Of a DNA stretch of 64,000 nucleotides, positions 8,758 through 18,040 are shown piece after piece. The stretch comes from an uncultured Planctomycetales bacterium (GTDB lineage: Bacteria > Omnitrophota > Gorgyraeia > Zapsychrales > Fredricksoniimonadaceae), in NCBI GenBank assembly GCA_964572155.1, contig CAZNDZ010000001.1, forward strand, positions 910,290 to 974,289. Direction: 5' to 3'. Under the pieces are notes generated by a model. That model saw only the letters and a program-made list of their open reading frames with translations, was not told the DNA's origin and made no database searches. The position numbers were made by a program, and so were the translations under genes. How positions within the stretch are numbered: position 1 is the stretch's first letter; every line of letters begins with the position of its first letter.

Positions 8758-9438
8758 TTGCTATTTTTATATTTAGATGAGTCTGGGAATTATGTTTTTA
8801 CTAAAAAGGGTTCAGAATATTTAATTTTTACGGCTTTAGCAACAAGTAATCCTTACATGTTGCAATATAGGCTTTGTGAAGTAGAGGAGAAGCTTAGAGA
8901 AAATAGTCTAATGACGGCTGAGTCCCAATACTTTCATGCTACAGAAGACAAACAGGTTGTTCGGGATGAGGTCTTTAAAGTTTTGAAAGAGTGTGATGAT
9001 TTTACAGTGGATAGTATTATTGTTGAGAAATGTAAAACGAATATAGAGTTGAGGGAAGAATCTCAATTATACAGAAAGATTTATCATGTTCTTTTGGAGT
9101 ATGTTTTTAAAAGACATCAAGACGTTGAGAAAATTATAATATTTATTCATGCCGCACCGGTTAATAAGAAAAGACATGCCTTTGAGAAAGGGATTAAAGA
9201 AACCCTAAACGGTATTTTGGATAAAGAGCGACTTGGTGGGAAAATAAAATACCACATTCAGTATCTTCCAACAATTTCTAGCTATGGATTACAGGCTGTT
9301 GATTATTGTTCATGGGCTTTAAAGAAGAAATGGGGAGAATGGGGGGAGAAGATCGACTTACGACCATATGGTTGCATTTCGAATAAGGTAAAGAGTGAGT
9401 TTGAGATATTTAAAATAGGTCAAAAGATATATTATTGA
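8758..9438 (+). CDS. DUF3800-family protein
   Basis: 226 aa, TTG start preceded by SD 'AAGGAAAGG'. N-terminal 'LFLYLDESGNYVF' matches the DUF3800 'IYIDESG' signature and C-terminal 'LQAVDYCSWAL' matches its 'QLADLIAYAI' motif. Strongly AT-rich relative to neighbours. Confidence 0.6.
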   Translation: MLFLYLDESGNYVFTKKGSEYLIFTALATSNPYMLQYRLCEVEEKLRENSLMTAESQYFHATEDKQVVRDEVFKVLKECDDFTVDSIIVEKCKTNIELREESQLYRKIYHVLLEYVFKRHQDVEKIIIFIHAAPVNKKRHAFEKGIKETLNGILDKERLGGKIKYHIQYLPTISSYGLQAVDYCSWALKKKWGEWGEKIDLRPYGCISNKVKSEFEIFKIGQKIYY

Positions 9439-9573
9439 CGCGCTCTAGTTTATAGAATATACTTTTAATGCATTTAAAAGGTACCCTCTGGCTGAAAAAT
9501 CCCTCGGGATCGACCGAAAGGTTTAGGTTGGAGGGTCAAACTTTTTCTGGGCTATGCAAACTCCTGCAACTTC

Positions 9574-9606
9574 ATTGACGCTCCAAGGCTTTTGTGTTAT
9601 TTTATC
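9574..9606 (+). repeat. Direct repeat copy 2 (cATTGACGCTCcaaggCTTTTGTGTTATTTtat); promoter-like element immediately upstream of yggS
   Basis: See copy 1. TTGACG-17 nt-TATTTT lies directly upstream of the yggS start at 9612. Confidence 0.6.
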
Positions 9607-9611
9607 CCCCT

Positions 9612-10301
9612 ATGGTTAAAGATAATTTTCTTAAAGTTCAAGCACAAATGAACGACGCTGCTAAAGCGTCTGGGCGCAAGCCTGAGGATGTTATTTTAGT
9701 TGCTGTGACGAAGACGGCGCCTTTAGACGATATTGGTGCTGTTATTGAAGCTGGGGCTTTGCATATTGCGGAAAACAGGGTGCAAGAGGCTCAGGCGAAG
9801 TTTCCAACGCTTAAAGCTAAATATCCTCAAGTCACCACGCACATCATTGGGCATTTACAAAGTAATAAGGCGAAAGATGCCATTCAAGTAGTGTCCATGA
9901 TTCAGTCTGTGGATAGTTTGAAATTAGCCAATGAGATTCAAAAACAAGCATTGAAATTAAATGTTACGGCTAATATCTTGGTGCAATTTAATACAGCGCG
10001 TGAAGAACAAAAGTTTGGTGCGACGCCGGAAGAAGCATTAACGTTGATTGAAGGCATCAGCCAATTATCACATGTGCGCATCAAAGGTTTAATGACCATG
10101 GCGCCTTATACAGAAGACCAAGGCATTGTGCGTAAAACATTTGCGGATTTGCGTAAAATTAAAGAAGATGTTGCATCACGTTTTAAAGGTCATCCATCCG
10201 TTGACATGGGCATCATGTCCATGGGCATGAGTGGTGATTATAAGATTGCCATCGAAGAAGGTTCAACCATGGTGCGCGTCGGGAGCGCTATTTTTAAATG
10301 A
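9612..10301 (+). CDS. yggS: YggS-family pyridoxal-phosphate homeostasis protein (alanine-racemase-fold PLP enzyme)
   Basis: 'MVKDNFLKVQAQMNDAAKASGRKPEDVILVAVTKT' is a typical YggS N-terminus. The start is refined to the ATG at 9612; the track ORF begins at 9594. TGA stop overlaps the proC start (ATGA). Confidence 0.85.
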   Translation: MVKDNFLKVQAQMNDAAKASGRKPEDVILVAVTKTAPLDDIGAVIEAGALHIAENRVQEAQAKFPTLKAKYPQVTTHIIGHLQSNKAKDAIQVVSMIQSVDSLKLANEIQKQALKLNVTANILVQFNTAREEQKFGATPEEALTLIEGISQLSHVRIKGLMTMAPYTEDQGIVRKTFADLRKIKEDVASRFKGHPSVDMGIMSMGMSGDYKIAIEEGSTMVRVGSAIFK

Positions 10302-11065
10302 AAAGAATAGTGATCATCGGCGGTGGTAACATGGGCGAGGCCATCATCAAAGGTCTTAAAAGACAAGTGTTCGTCTGCGAATCAGATCCTGCCAAGACCA
10401 AGGCTTTGGCTAAAAAATATAAAACGGTTGCGATTGATCTTGATCAAGCATCATCCTGTGATGTGATTATCTTCGCAGTTAAGCCTCAAGACATGGGCGC
10501 TGTATTGGCGCAAATTGAAAATAAAGGCCAATTGTTTATCTCAATTGCCGCAGGATTGACCACAACCTATTTTGAAAAGCATTTGGGTGGCAAGGCGCGG
10601 GTTATTCGTTCTATGCCAAATATGCCGGCACTCATTGGTGAAGGCATCACGGCTTTATCTGCTGGAAAATATGCTAAGCCGCAAGATTTGAAATTGGCTC
10701 AAGAAATTTTAAATAGCGTCGGAACAACAGTTGTAGTTAAAGAATCGATGTTAGATGCGGTCACAGCTGTTTCTGGTAGCGGCCCTGCGTACGTATTCTT
10801 ATTTGTAGAACAATGGTTGGCAGCTGCAAAGGCATTAGGTTTCAAACAAGCCGAAGCAAAAGAGCTGGTCTATCAAACATTGATCGGTAGTGCACACCTA
10901 TTAAAGAAAAGCGAATTCGACGCAGGTACATTGCGTGAAAAGGTTACATCAAAAGGTGGTACAACACAGGCGGCATTAGAAGTTTTTGCAAAGAATAAAT
11001 TTAATCAAACGGTAAAGAATGCTTTATTCGCGGCTAGCAAAAGAGCGAAGGCATTATCAAAATAG
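10298..11065 (+). CDS. proC: Pyrroline-5-carboxylate reductase
   Basis: 'MKRIVIIGGGNMGEAII' Rossmann N-terminus and a P5CR C-terminal domain ('GGTTQAAL'); 255 aa. Confidence 0.9.
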   Translation: MKRIVIIGGGNMGEAIIKGLKRQVFVCESDPAKTKALAKKYKTVAIDLDQASSCDVIIFAVKPQDMGAVLAQIENKGQLFISIAAGLTTTYFEKHLGGKARVIRSMPNMPALIGEGITALSAGKYAKPQDLKLAQEILNSVGTTVVVKESMLDAVTAVSGSGPAYVFLFVEQWLAAAKALGFKQAEAKELVYQTLIGSAHLLKKSEFDAGTLREKVTSKGGTTQAALEVFAKNKFNQTVKNALFAASKRAKALSK

Positions 11066-11075
11066 AGGAGTGCAT

Positions 11076-11933
11076 ATGGCAATCGTCGGCGTCATTGGTG
11101 GCAGTGGTTTGTATCAGATCGACGGGATTGAAGATGTTAAAGAAGTTGTCGTTAAGACACCGTTTGGCGATCCGTCTGACGCATATATCACCGGCACATT
11201 AAAAAATACACCGGTCGTCTTTTTGCCGCGTCATGGCAAAGGCCATCGCATTTCTCCCTCGGAAATTAATTACCGCGCCAACATTTGGGGTATGAAGAAA
11301 TTAGGGGTCGAGGCTATTTTATCTGTTTCTGCCTGTGGATCATTGCGCAAAAAATATAAGCCCATGGATTTTGTGATCCCTGATCAATTCCTAGACCGCA
11401 CGCGCAAAGCCCGTATTGATACGTTTTTTACCAAGGGTATCGTCGCGCATGTGGCTTTTGCTGATCCAATATCAAAAGAAATTGCTGATGTGTTGGATGA
11501 ATCCGCGAAGAAATTAGGCATCAAAGCGCATCGTGGTGGGACGTATGTGAATATGGAAGGCCCACAATTTTCGACCAAGGCAGAATCAAATTTATACCGT
11601 AGTTGGGATATGGACATCATTGGCATGACCAATCTAACGGAAGCCAAATTAGCGCGCGAAGCAGAAATTTCTTATGCAACACTCGCGGCAGTCACCGACT
11701 ACGATTGCTGGCATCCTTCGCATGATAGTGTGACAGTTGAAATGATCATTGCGAATTTAAATCAAAATGTGGCCAATGCCAAAAATATTTTACGCGCCGC
11801 CATCCCTGTGGTTGGCAAAATGAAAACATTTAGCGCAGCAGATGCCTTGAAGTATGCGATCATTACCAACAAAGATATGATCCCTGCTAAGGTTAAAAAA
11901 GATTTAGAGATCATCATCGGGAAATATTTGTAA
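11076..11933 (+). CDS. mtnP: S-methyl-5'-thioadenosine phosphorylase
   Basis: 'MAIVGVIGGSGLYQI...FLPRHGKGHRISPSEINYRANIWGMK' is MTAP/PNP-family. Start chosen at ATG 11076 with SD 'AGGAG'. Confidence 0.85.
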   Translation: MAIVGVIGGSGLYQIDGIEDVKEVVVKTPFGDPSDAYITGTLKNTPVVFLPRHGKGHRISPSEINYRANIWGMKKLGVEAILSVSACGSLRKKYKPMDFVIPDQFLDRTRKARIDTFFTKGIVAHVAFADPISKEIADVLDESAKKLGIKAHRGGTYVNMEGPQFSTKAESNLYRSWDMDIIGMTNLTEAKLAREAEISYATLAAVTDYDCWHPSHDSVTVEMIIANLNQNVANAKNILRAAIPVVGKMKTFSAADALKYAIITNKDMIPAKVKKDLEIIIGKYL

Positions 11934-14683
11934 TGGATTATCAGAAAACGCTTAACTTGCCCCAAACTGAATTTGCCATGAAGGCAGGTTTGGTGCAAAA
12001 AGAACCGAAAATTTTAGAACGCTGGAATGCTGATCGTGTTTATGAGCGCATTCGCCAAAAAGCACAAGGCCGTAAAGCCTTTATCCTGCACGACGGGCCA
12101 CCGTATGCCAACGGACATATTCACATTGGCCATGCCTTAAATAAAACACTGAAAGATATCATCGTCAAATACAAGACCATGAAAGGTTTTGATGCGCTAT
12201 ATGTCCCAGGATGGGACTGTCATGGTTTGCCCATCGAACATCAATTGCTCAAAGATTTAAAAGCAAATAAGGGAGACTTTGATACCGTCGAGTTCCGCAA
12301 GAAAGCCCATGATTATGCGATGAAATATGTTGGGCTGCAGCGTGATGAATTCAAACGCTTGGGGATCTATGCCGAGTGGGATCATCCTTATTTAACCTTG
12401 GCGCCAGAATATGAATATTGGATTTTAAAGTCCTTAGGCGCTTTAACCAAAAAAGGCTATGTGTACCGCAGTTTAAAACCTGTTAACTGGTGCTACAGCT
12501 GTGAGACTGCGCTTGCCGAAGCGGAAGTTGAACATGAAAACAAAGAGTCTCCGACGGTATACGCACGTTTTGCGGTTAAAGATTTGCCACAAACATTTTT
12601 ATTGATTTGGACCACAACACCATGGACATTATTGGCCAACGTTGCGGTTGCGGTGAATAAAGATTTCACTTATGTCTATGCCAGCAATGGTCAAGAGACA
12701 TTGATCTTAGAGAAAAATTTAGCAGCTAATTTGGTTCCAGATTATAAGATCACCAAAGAAGTAAAGGGTGAGCAGTTAACGTCGCTTTCCTACACGCATG
12801 TTTTTGGCAAGCGCCCGTCATGTCCTGTGGTGACAGCGGACTATGTCACCAAAGATGATGGGACAGGGATTGTTCACATCGCCCCAGGCCATGGTCAAGA
12901 TGACTATCAAGTAGGTCTTAAGAATAATTTACCCGTCGTGATGCCGGTTAATAATAAAGGTGTGTTTACAGAAGAAGGCGCACCCTTTGCAGGACAATTT
13001 GTTTTCAAAGCCAATGATGTCATCATCAAAGATCTCAATGATCGCGGGCTTTTATTTAAAACACAAAAGATACAACATTCCTATCCACATTGTTGGCGTT
13101 GCAAGAATCCGATCATCTTTCGTGCGACGGAACAATGGTTTCTCAATGTAGATCATGATCATTTGCGTGATCGTCTGAAAAAAGCGATCGAAACCCAAGT
13201 TGAATTTATCCCTGCGGCAGGTAGAGAGCGTATCTTTGCCATGGTTAATACCCGTCCTGATTGGTGTTTGTCCCGTCAGCGCCATTGGGGTGTGCCGATC
13301 CCTGCGTTGTCTTGTGCCGGTTGCAAGGATGAACAAAAATTATTCGTAGACGTCATAGACCATTTGGCTGACCAAGTAAAAACACAAGGCAGCGGCATTT
13401 GGTTTGAAAAATCCGTCGAGGATTTATTGCCTAAAGGTTTTAAATGCCCAGATTGCGGCGGCCATGATTTTACAAAATCTAATGATATCTTAGATGTCTG
13501 GTTTGATTCAGGCGTGAGCCATCAGGCGGTGTTTCATTCAATGATTCATAAGCCATTGCCCGCTGACTTATATTTAGAAGGTTCTGATCAACATCGCGGT
13601 TGGTTTCAATCATCACTGATCCCGTCGATGGCGATCGATGGCAGACCACCATATCGTCAAGTGTTGACCCATGGTTTTGTGGTTGATGGTCAAGGCCGCA
13701 AGATGTCAAAGTCTTTAGGCAATGTGATTAAGCCTCAAGAAATGATTGATCAAAACGGGGCAGAGATCATCCGCATTTGGGTCGCGGCCAGTTCCTTTAA
13801 TGATGATGTGCGCATTTCAAAAGAAATCGTAGATCGCTTGATTGATGCGTATCGTAAGATCCGTAACACCGTGCGATATTTATTAGGGAATTTAAGCGGC
13901 TTCGATCCCGATAAAGACATTGTGCCTTATGCTCAAATCCTAGAGTTTGATCGTTTAGCGTTGCATCATTTAGCGCAGACGATCAACACGGTCGAAGAGG
14001 CATATGAGGCTTATGATTTCCCAAAAGTTTATAAGACTATTCATGCGTTTTGTAATGAGACGCTTTCAAGCATTTATCTTGACATCTTAAAAGACCGGCT
14101 GTATACTTGCCCCGCTTCGTCACTGGAAAGAAGGAGCGCGCAAACCGTTCTTTATTATATCTTAGACGCTGTAACCCGTTTATTAGCACCAGTTATGGCT
14201 TTTACCGCAGATGAAATTTTTGAGTTAAGTCCAAAGCCTAAAGCCTTGGCTGATTTAAAAAGTGTTCATTTGCTTAATTGGCCGGCCGTCGAAGAAAGCT
14301 GGATTAATCATGATCTAGAGCAAGATTTTCGCCTTTTGCTAGATTTGCGTGTCATTGTGCTCAAAGCATTAGATGAGAAACGCAAAGCAGGGGATATTGG
14401 CAGTGCTTTAGAAGCAAGCGTAACCATTAAGACCAGTGATAAAACCAAGATAGCGTATTTGAATGCCAAGCGTTCTTTATTAGAATCAGTTTTTATTGTT
14501 TCTTCTGTTGAAATAAAGCAAGAAGGAACGACCGATTGGACGATTGATGTCCAAAAAGCCAAAGGGGATAAGTGCGGCCGTTGTTGGAATTATCGTTTGG
14601 ATGTGGGTCAGGATACAAACCACCCAAGCATTTGCGGCCGTTGTGTAGCACAAGTCAACATTATTAACGCAGGGAGTAAATAA
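11933..14683 (+). CDS. ileS: Isoleucine--tRNA ligase (type 1, with C-terminal Zn finger)
   Basis: HIGH motif 'HIGHALNK', KMSKS motif 'KMSKSLGN', C-terminal 'CGRCW..CGRC'; 916 aa. Confidence 0.95.
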   Translation: MDYQKTLNLPQTEFAMKAGLVQKEPKILERWNADRVYERIRQKAQGRKAFILHDGPPYANGHIHIGHALNKTLKDIIVKYKTMKGFDALYVPGWDCHGLPIEHQLLKDLKANKGDFDTVEFRKKAHDYAMKYVGLQRDEFKRLGIYAEWDHPYLTLAPEYEYWILKSLGALTKKGYVYRSLKPVNWCYSCETALAEAEVEHENKESPTVYARFAVKDLPQTFLLIWTTTPWTLLANVAVAVNKDFTYVYASNGQETLILEKNLAANLVPDYKITKEVKGEQLTSLSYTHVFGKRPSCPVVTADYVTKDDGTGIVHIAPGHGQDDYQVGLKNNLPVVMPVNNKGVFTEEGAPFAGQFVFKANDVIIKDLNDRGLLFKTQKIQHSYPHCWRCKNPIIFRATEQWFLNVDHDHLRDRLKKAIETQVEFIPAAGRERIFAMVNTRPDWCLSRQRHWGVPIPALSCAGCKDEQKLFVDVIDHLADQVKTQGSGIWFEKSVEDLLPKGFKCPDCGGHDFTKSNDILDVWFDSGVSHQAVFHSMIHKPLPADLYLEGSDQHRGWFQSSLIPSMAIDGRPPYRQVLTHGFVVDGQGRKMSKSLGNVIKPQEMIDQNGAEIIRIWVAASSFNDDVRISKEIVDRLIDAYRKIRNTVRYLLGNLSGFDPDKDIVPYAQILEFDRLALHHLAQTINTVEEAYEAYDFPKVYKTIHAFCNETLSSIYLDILKDRLYTCPASSLERRSAQTVLYYILDAVTRLLAPVMAFTADEIFELSPKPKALADLKSVHLLNWPAVEESWINHDLEQDFRLLLDLRVIVLKALDEKRKAGDIGSALEASVTIKTSDKTKIAYLNAKRSLLESVFIVSSVEIKQEGTTDWTIDVQKAKGDKCGRCWNYRLDVGQDTNHPSICGRCVAQVNIINAGSK

Positions 14684-15135
14684 TGCCCGTCAAGAAAACT
14701 GTAAAGAAAGCTGTGAAGAAATCAGCTCCTGTAAAACCAATGTATCCTGTATCAAAACCTGTTAAAACAAATCCAAAGTTTGATGGGTATAAAAAACTTT
14801 TATTGAATATTAAAGAAAAAATTACGGGTGATATCCGTAATTTATCTGACGATAATAAAGGTAGCAGCAACGACCGCGGAGGCGATGTCTCAGGACACGC
14901 GTTGCACATGGCGGATGTTGCCACCGATATGTATGATCGTGAGTTTACGTTAGGTTTAGCCGCCAATGAACGCGAATTGTTGTATCAAGTTGATGAAGCT
15001 TTGATGCGCGTACAAGAAGGCACCTATGGGATCTGCATTGTTTGTAAAAAATCTATCCCTGTGACACGTCTTAAAGCATTGCCACACGCAAAGCTTTGTT
15101 TGAAGTGCCAAGAAAAGTCTGAGGCCAGACGTTAA
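14683..15135 (+). CDS. DksA/TraR-family C4 zinc-finger transcription factor with Lys-rich N-terminal tail
   Basis: C-terminal 'CIVCKKSIPVTRLKALPHAKLCLKCQE' is a four-Cys DksA/TraR finger. Conserved position between ileS and lspA. The N-terminus is 'MPVKKTVKKAVKKSAPVKP'. Confidence 0.8.
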   Translation: MPVKKTVKKAVKKSAPVKPMYPVSKPVKTNPKFDGYKKLLLNIKEKITGDIRNLSDDNKGSSNDRGGDVSGHALHMADVATDMYDREFTLGLAANERELLYQVDEALMRVQEGTYGICIVCKKSIPVTRLKALPHAKLCLKCQEKSEARR

Positions 15136-15144
15136 GTTGACCCT

Positions 15145-15627
15145 ATGACGCACGATCAAAAACGTTCAAGGCTTGATTTAGTGATATTTGGCCTGACCAC
15201 GTTATCCATCATCGGTTTTGATCGCCTCTCTAAGATTTTCTTTAGTAAGATCCTCGACCTTAATGAGTCATTGATTCTAATTAAGAATGTTTTGCATTTT
15301 ACTTTAGTGCATAACACAGGGATTGCGTTTGGTTTATTTAAAGACAGTGGTTCAGTTTTTGTCATTATTCCATTAATCTTAACTGGATTATTGGTTTACA
15401 ATATTTACTATTATCGCAACAGCGCCCATCTAACGCGCACGTATATCGTGGCTTTCTCATTGATCTTAGGTGGGGCTATTGGTAATCTCATTGATCGCAT
15501 TACGTTGGGGTACGTGATTGACTTTATCGATTTTCGTATCTGGCCTGTATTTAACCTTGCAGACAGTGCCATCACCATCGGTGCTGCGGTCATCTTCTTA
15601 AAATGCATCCCATCTTCGTCCAAATAG
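15145..15627 (+). CDS. lspA: Lipoprotein signal peptidase (signal peptidase II)
   Basis: 160 aa polytopic membrane protein with 'NTGIAFG' and 'FNLAD' SPase II motifs; the ileS-lspA linkage is conserved. Confidence 0.85.
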   Translation: MTHDQKRSRLDLVIFGLTTLSIIGFDRLSKIFFSKILDLNESLILIKNVLHFTLVHNTGIAFGLFKDSGSVFVIIPLILTGLLVYNIYYYRNSAHLTRTYIVAFSLILGGAIGNLIDRITLGYVIDFIDFRIWPVFNLADSAITIGAAVIFLKCIPSSSK

Positions 15628-16322
15628 GTAGTTTCCCAATACATACATATGGTGTCATGTTGGCTGTTGCGGTGGTTGTGTGTGCATTTTTATTAAGCCG
15701 TGATGCTGCAAAATTAAAGATTTCTGAAGATACGGTTTTTGATTTGATGCTATGGGTGGTGATGGGTGGTTTTATCGGCGGTAAGATTTTTTATACATTG
15801 TTATTTTGGGATAACACGACGGATGATTTCTTAAGTGCGCTGTTTCAACGTGCAGGTTTTGCGTGGCAAGGCGGCTTTATCGGCGGGTGGATTGCTGGAC
15901 TTTGGTTTGTTAAATTAAAGAAATTAAAGTTTCGTTTGATGTTAGATTTGGCGGCGCCCTATATTGCCTTGGGTCAAGCAATTGGACGCATGGGGTGTTT
16001 TGCTGAAGGCTGTTGTTATGGCAAGCCATGGGATTTAGGGGTATACTTTCCCGTGCATCATGCACGGTTGCATCCAACGCAGTTGTATGAAACAGGGATG
16101 TTGTTTGCTATATTTCTGATTTTGAAATTCGTTAAAAAGCCTTCATGGCCGGCAGGTATGATTTTTGTTTTATATTTATGGTTAGCTGGTATTGAGCGTT
16201 TTGTTGTAGAGTTTTACCGTGATGATCATGAAATTTTATTTTGGGGATTGAGTTTAGCGCAATGCGTTGCAGCAGGAATTTTTGTGGCAGGCATCGTCAT
16301 GTTTATAAGGTTTAGAAAATGA
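15603..16322 (+). CDS. lgt: Prolipoprotein diacylglyceryl transferase
   Basis: 'MHPIFVQIGSFPIHTYGVMLAVA' is an Lgt N-terminus. 239 aa, polytopic. TGA stop overlaps the next start. Confidence 0.8.
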   Translation: MHPIFVQIGSFPIHTYGVMLAVAVVVCAFLLSRDAAKLKISEDTVFDLMLWVVMGGFIGGKIFYTLLFWDNTTDDFLSALFQRAGFAWQGGFIGGWIAGLWFVKLKKLKFRLMLDLAAPYIALGQAIGRMGCFAEGCCYGKPWDLGVYFPVHHARLHPTQLYETGMLFAIFLILKFVKKPSWPAGMIFVLYLWLAGIERFVVEFYRDDHEILFWGLSLAQCVAAGIFVAGIVMFIRFRK

Positions 16323-17209
16323 AACAAACGTTCCATGTTGAAGAAGCTTATCAGGGATTGCGCTTGGATGTGTATTTAACCCAAGTGATTGAAAATATCC
16401 CATCGCGCAGCTTTGTCGAGAAGTTGATCGATGAAGGTGTGGTCACCATTAAGAATAAAAAGGTTAAGACCAATTATAAAGTTTGTACCAATGATGACAT
16501 TATTGTCGATGTGGATCCTTCCGCATGGGCGAAGCAAGATATCAAGCCCGAATATATCAAATTAAATATCTTTTATGAAGATGAGGATATTGCTGTCATT
16601 AACAAGCCCATTGGCTTGACGGTGCATCCAGCTGCAGGGGATAAGGGTGGCACCTTGGTCAATGCCTTGGTGTATCACTTTAATAATTTATCCGACGTCA
16701 ATGGCGATATTCGCCCAGGCATTGTGCATCGTTTGGATAAAGATACGTCGGGATTATTGTTGGTGGCAAAAACCAATGTGGCGCATGCGCGTCTCGGTCG
16801 ACAATTTGAAAAGCATACGATCTTTAAACGTTATGTTGCAGTCGTGCAAGGTAAGGTTCAATTTGATCAAGGTTTGATTGATGTGAATATCAAACGCCAT
16901 GTGAAATATCATGATCAACGTCAGATCAGTGAAGATAAGTCAGAAGGTAAAGAAGCTGTCACGTTGTATCAGGTATTAAAACGTTCAGATAAGCAAACCC
17001 TTGTTGCGCTTTATCCTCAAACAGGCCGGACACATCAATTGCGTGTGCATATGAAACATTTGGGTCATCCTATCTTGGGGGATGATAAATATGGGCGTAA
17101 AGAAAGTTTCACGCGCCTAGCATTGCATGCGCAAGGCATTGGCTTCATTCATCCTACGACAAAACAATATATGGAATTTGCTTGCGCCATCCCTAAGGAA
17201 TTTCTATAA
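16319..17209 (+). CDS. rluD: 23S rRNA pseudouridine synthase (RluA family with N-terminal S4 domain, RluD-like)
   Basis: S4 domain 'LRLDVYLTQVIENIPSRSFVEKLIDEGVVTIKNKKV'; catalytic motif 'HRLDKDTSGLLLVAKT'. Confidence 0.85.
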   Translation: MKQTFHVEEAYQGLRLDVYLTQVIENIPSRSFVEKLIDEGVVTIKNKKVKTNYKVCTNDDIIVDVDPSAWAKQDIKPEYIKLNIFYEDEDIAVINKPIGLTVHPAAGDKGGTLVNALVYHFNNLSDVNGDIRPGIVHRLDKDTSGLLLVAKTNVAHARLGRQFEKHTIFKRYVAVVQGKVQFDQGLIDVNIKRHVKYHDQRQISEDKSEGKEAVTLYQVLKRSDKQTLVALYPQTGRTHQLRVHMKHLGHPILGDDKYGRKESFTRLALHAQGIGFIHPTTKQYMEFACAIPKEFL

Positions 17210-17218
17210 TCAATTGTT

Positions 17219-18040
17219 ATGAATGCCCGCGGAAAAACATCCACCATTTTTATCATCTTAATCATTGTCCTGCTTGCCTCAGCGACGTCGATAGGCTTCT
17301 TTTTATATAATAAAGAAAAACAATTTCGCAAAGACATTCAAGCTGAGCTTGAAACCAGTCATTATAATGAAATGAAATTGCAGGGTGATTTAAAAGAAGC
17401 AAAGAAGCAAGTTGCTTTGTCAGAAGATAAAGCCAAAGAAGCAGATGAGAAGATCAATAATTTGATGGATGAGATGGATCTTAATGAAGGTGTGCGCAAA
17501 GAATTAAAAGCAGAGAATGCTACGCTTAAAGAAGCCATTGAAATGGCTAAGAAAGATAAAGAAAAATTTCTCAAAGATGTTGAGATAGCGCAAAAAAAAT
17601 ATAAAGAAGTCTCAGAGTTATTTAAATCAGAACAAGATAAAGTTAATGCCTTACAGTTAAACTTGGCCAAATTACAAACTGCCAATGAAGAAGCCGAAAA
17701 GAAGATGGCGGCGATGAAGGAAGGTTTTGTTAACGACAATGGCATTCCAGGAAAAGTTGCGCCTGCGAAAATTGAATTAGACACAATAGTGGTTAATCCC
17801 AACGATGGCACCCGAGGTAAGATTTTAAGTGTCGATAAAGATTCAGATTTTATTGTTTGTAATTTAGGTGTTAAGAAGGGTGTGAAGGCGGGGGATGTGA
17901 TGTCAGTATATCGTGGTGAAGAATATCTAGGCGATGTGCGCGTGTCCCGTGTTCAAGAAGAATTATCAGCGGCGGATTTAATCCCGCCATTTTCTAGTCG
18001 TAAAGTCCGCAAAAACGATAGTGTGGTTTTTAAGCCGTGA
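17219..18040 (+). CDS. Membrane-anchored coiled-coil protein with small C-terminal beta domain (function unknown)
   Basis: N-terminal TM helix 'TIFIILIIVLLASATSIGFFLY', ~150 aa of K/E-rich coiled coil, and C-terminal 'GKILSVDKDSDFIVCNLGVKKGVKAGDVMSVYR'. Confidence 0.5.
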   Translation: MNARGKTSTIFIILIIVLLASATSIGFFLYNKEKQFRKDIQAELETSHYNEMKLQGDLKEAKKQVALSEDKAKEADEKINNLMDEMDLNEGVRKELKAENATLKEAIEMAKKDKEKFLKDVEIAQKKYKEVSELFKSEQDKVNALQLNLAKLQTANEEAEKKMAAMKEGFVNDNGIPGKVAPAKIELDTIVVNPNDGTRGKILSVDKDSDFIVCNLGVKKGVKAGDVMSVYRGEEYLGDVRVSRVQEELSAADLIPPFSSRKVRKNDSVVFKP

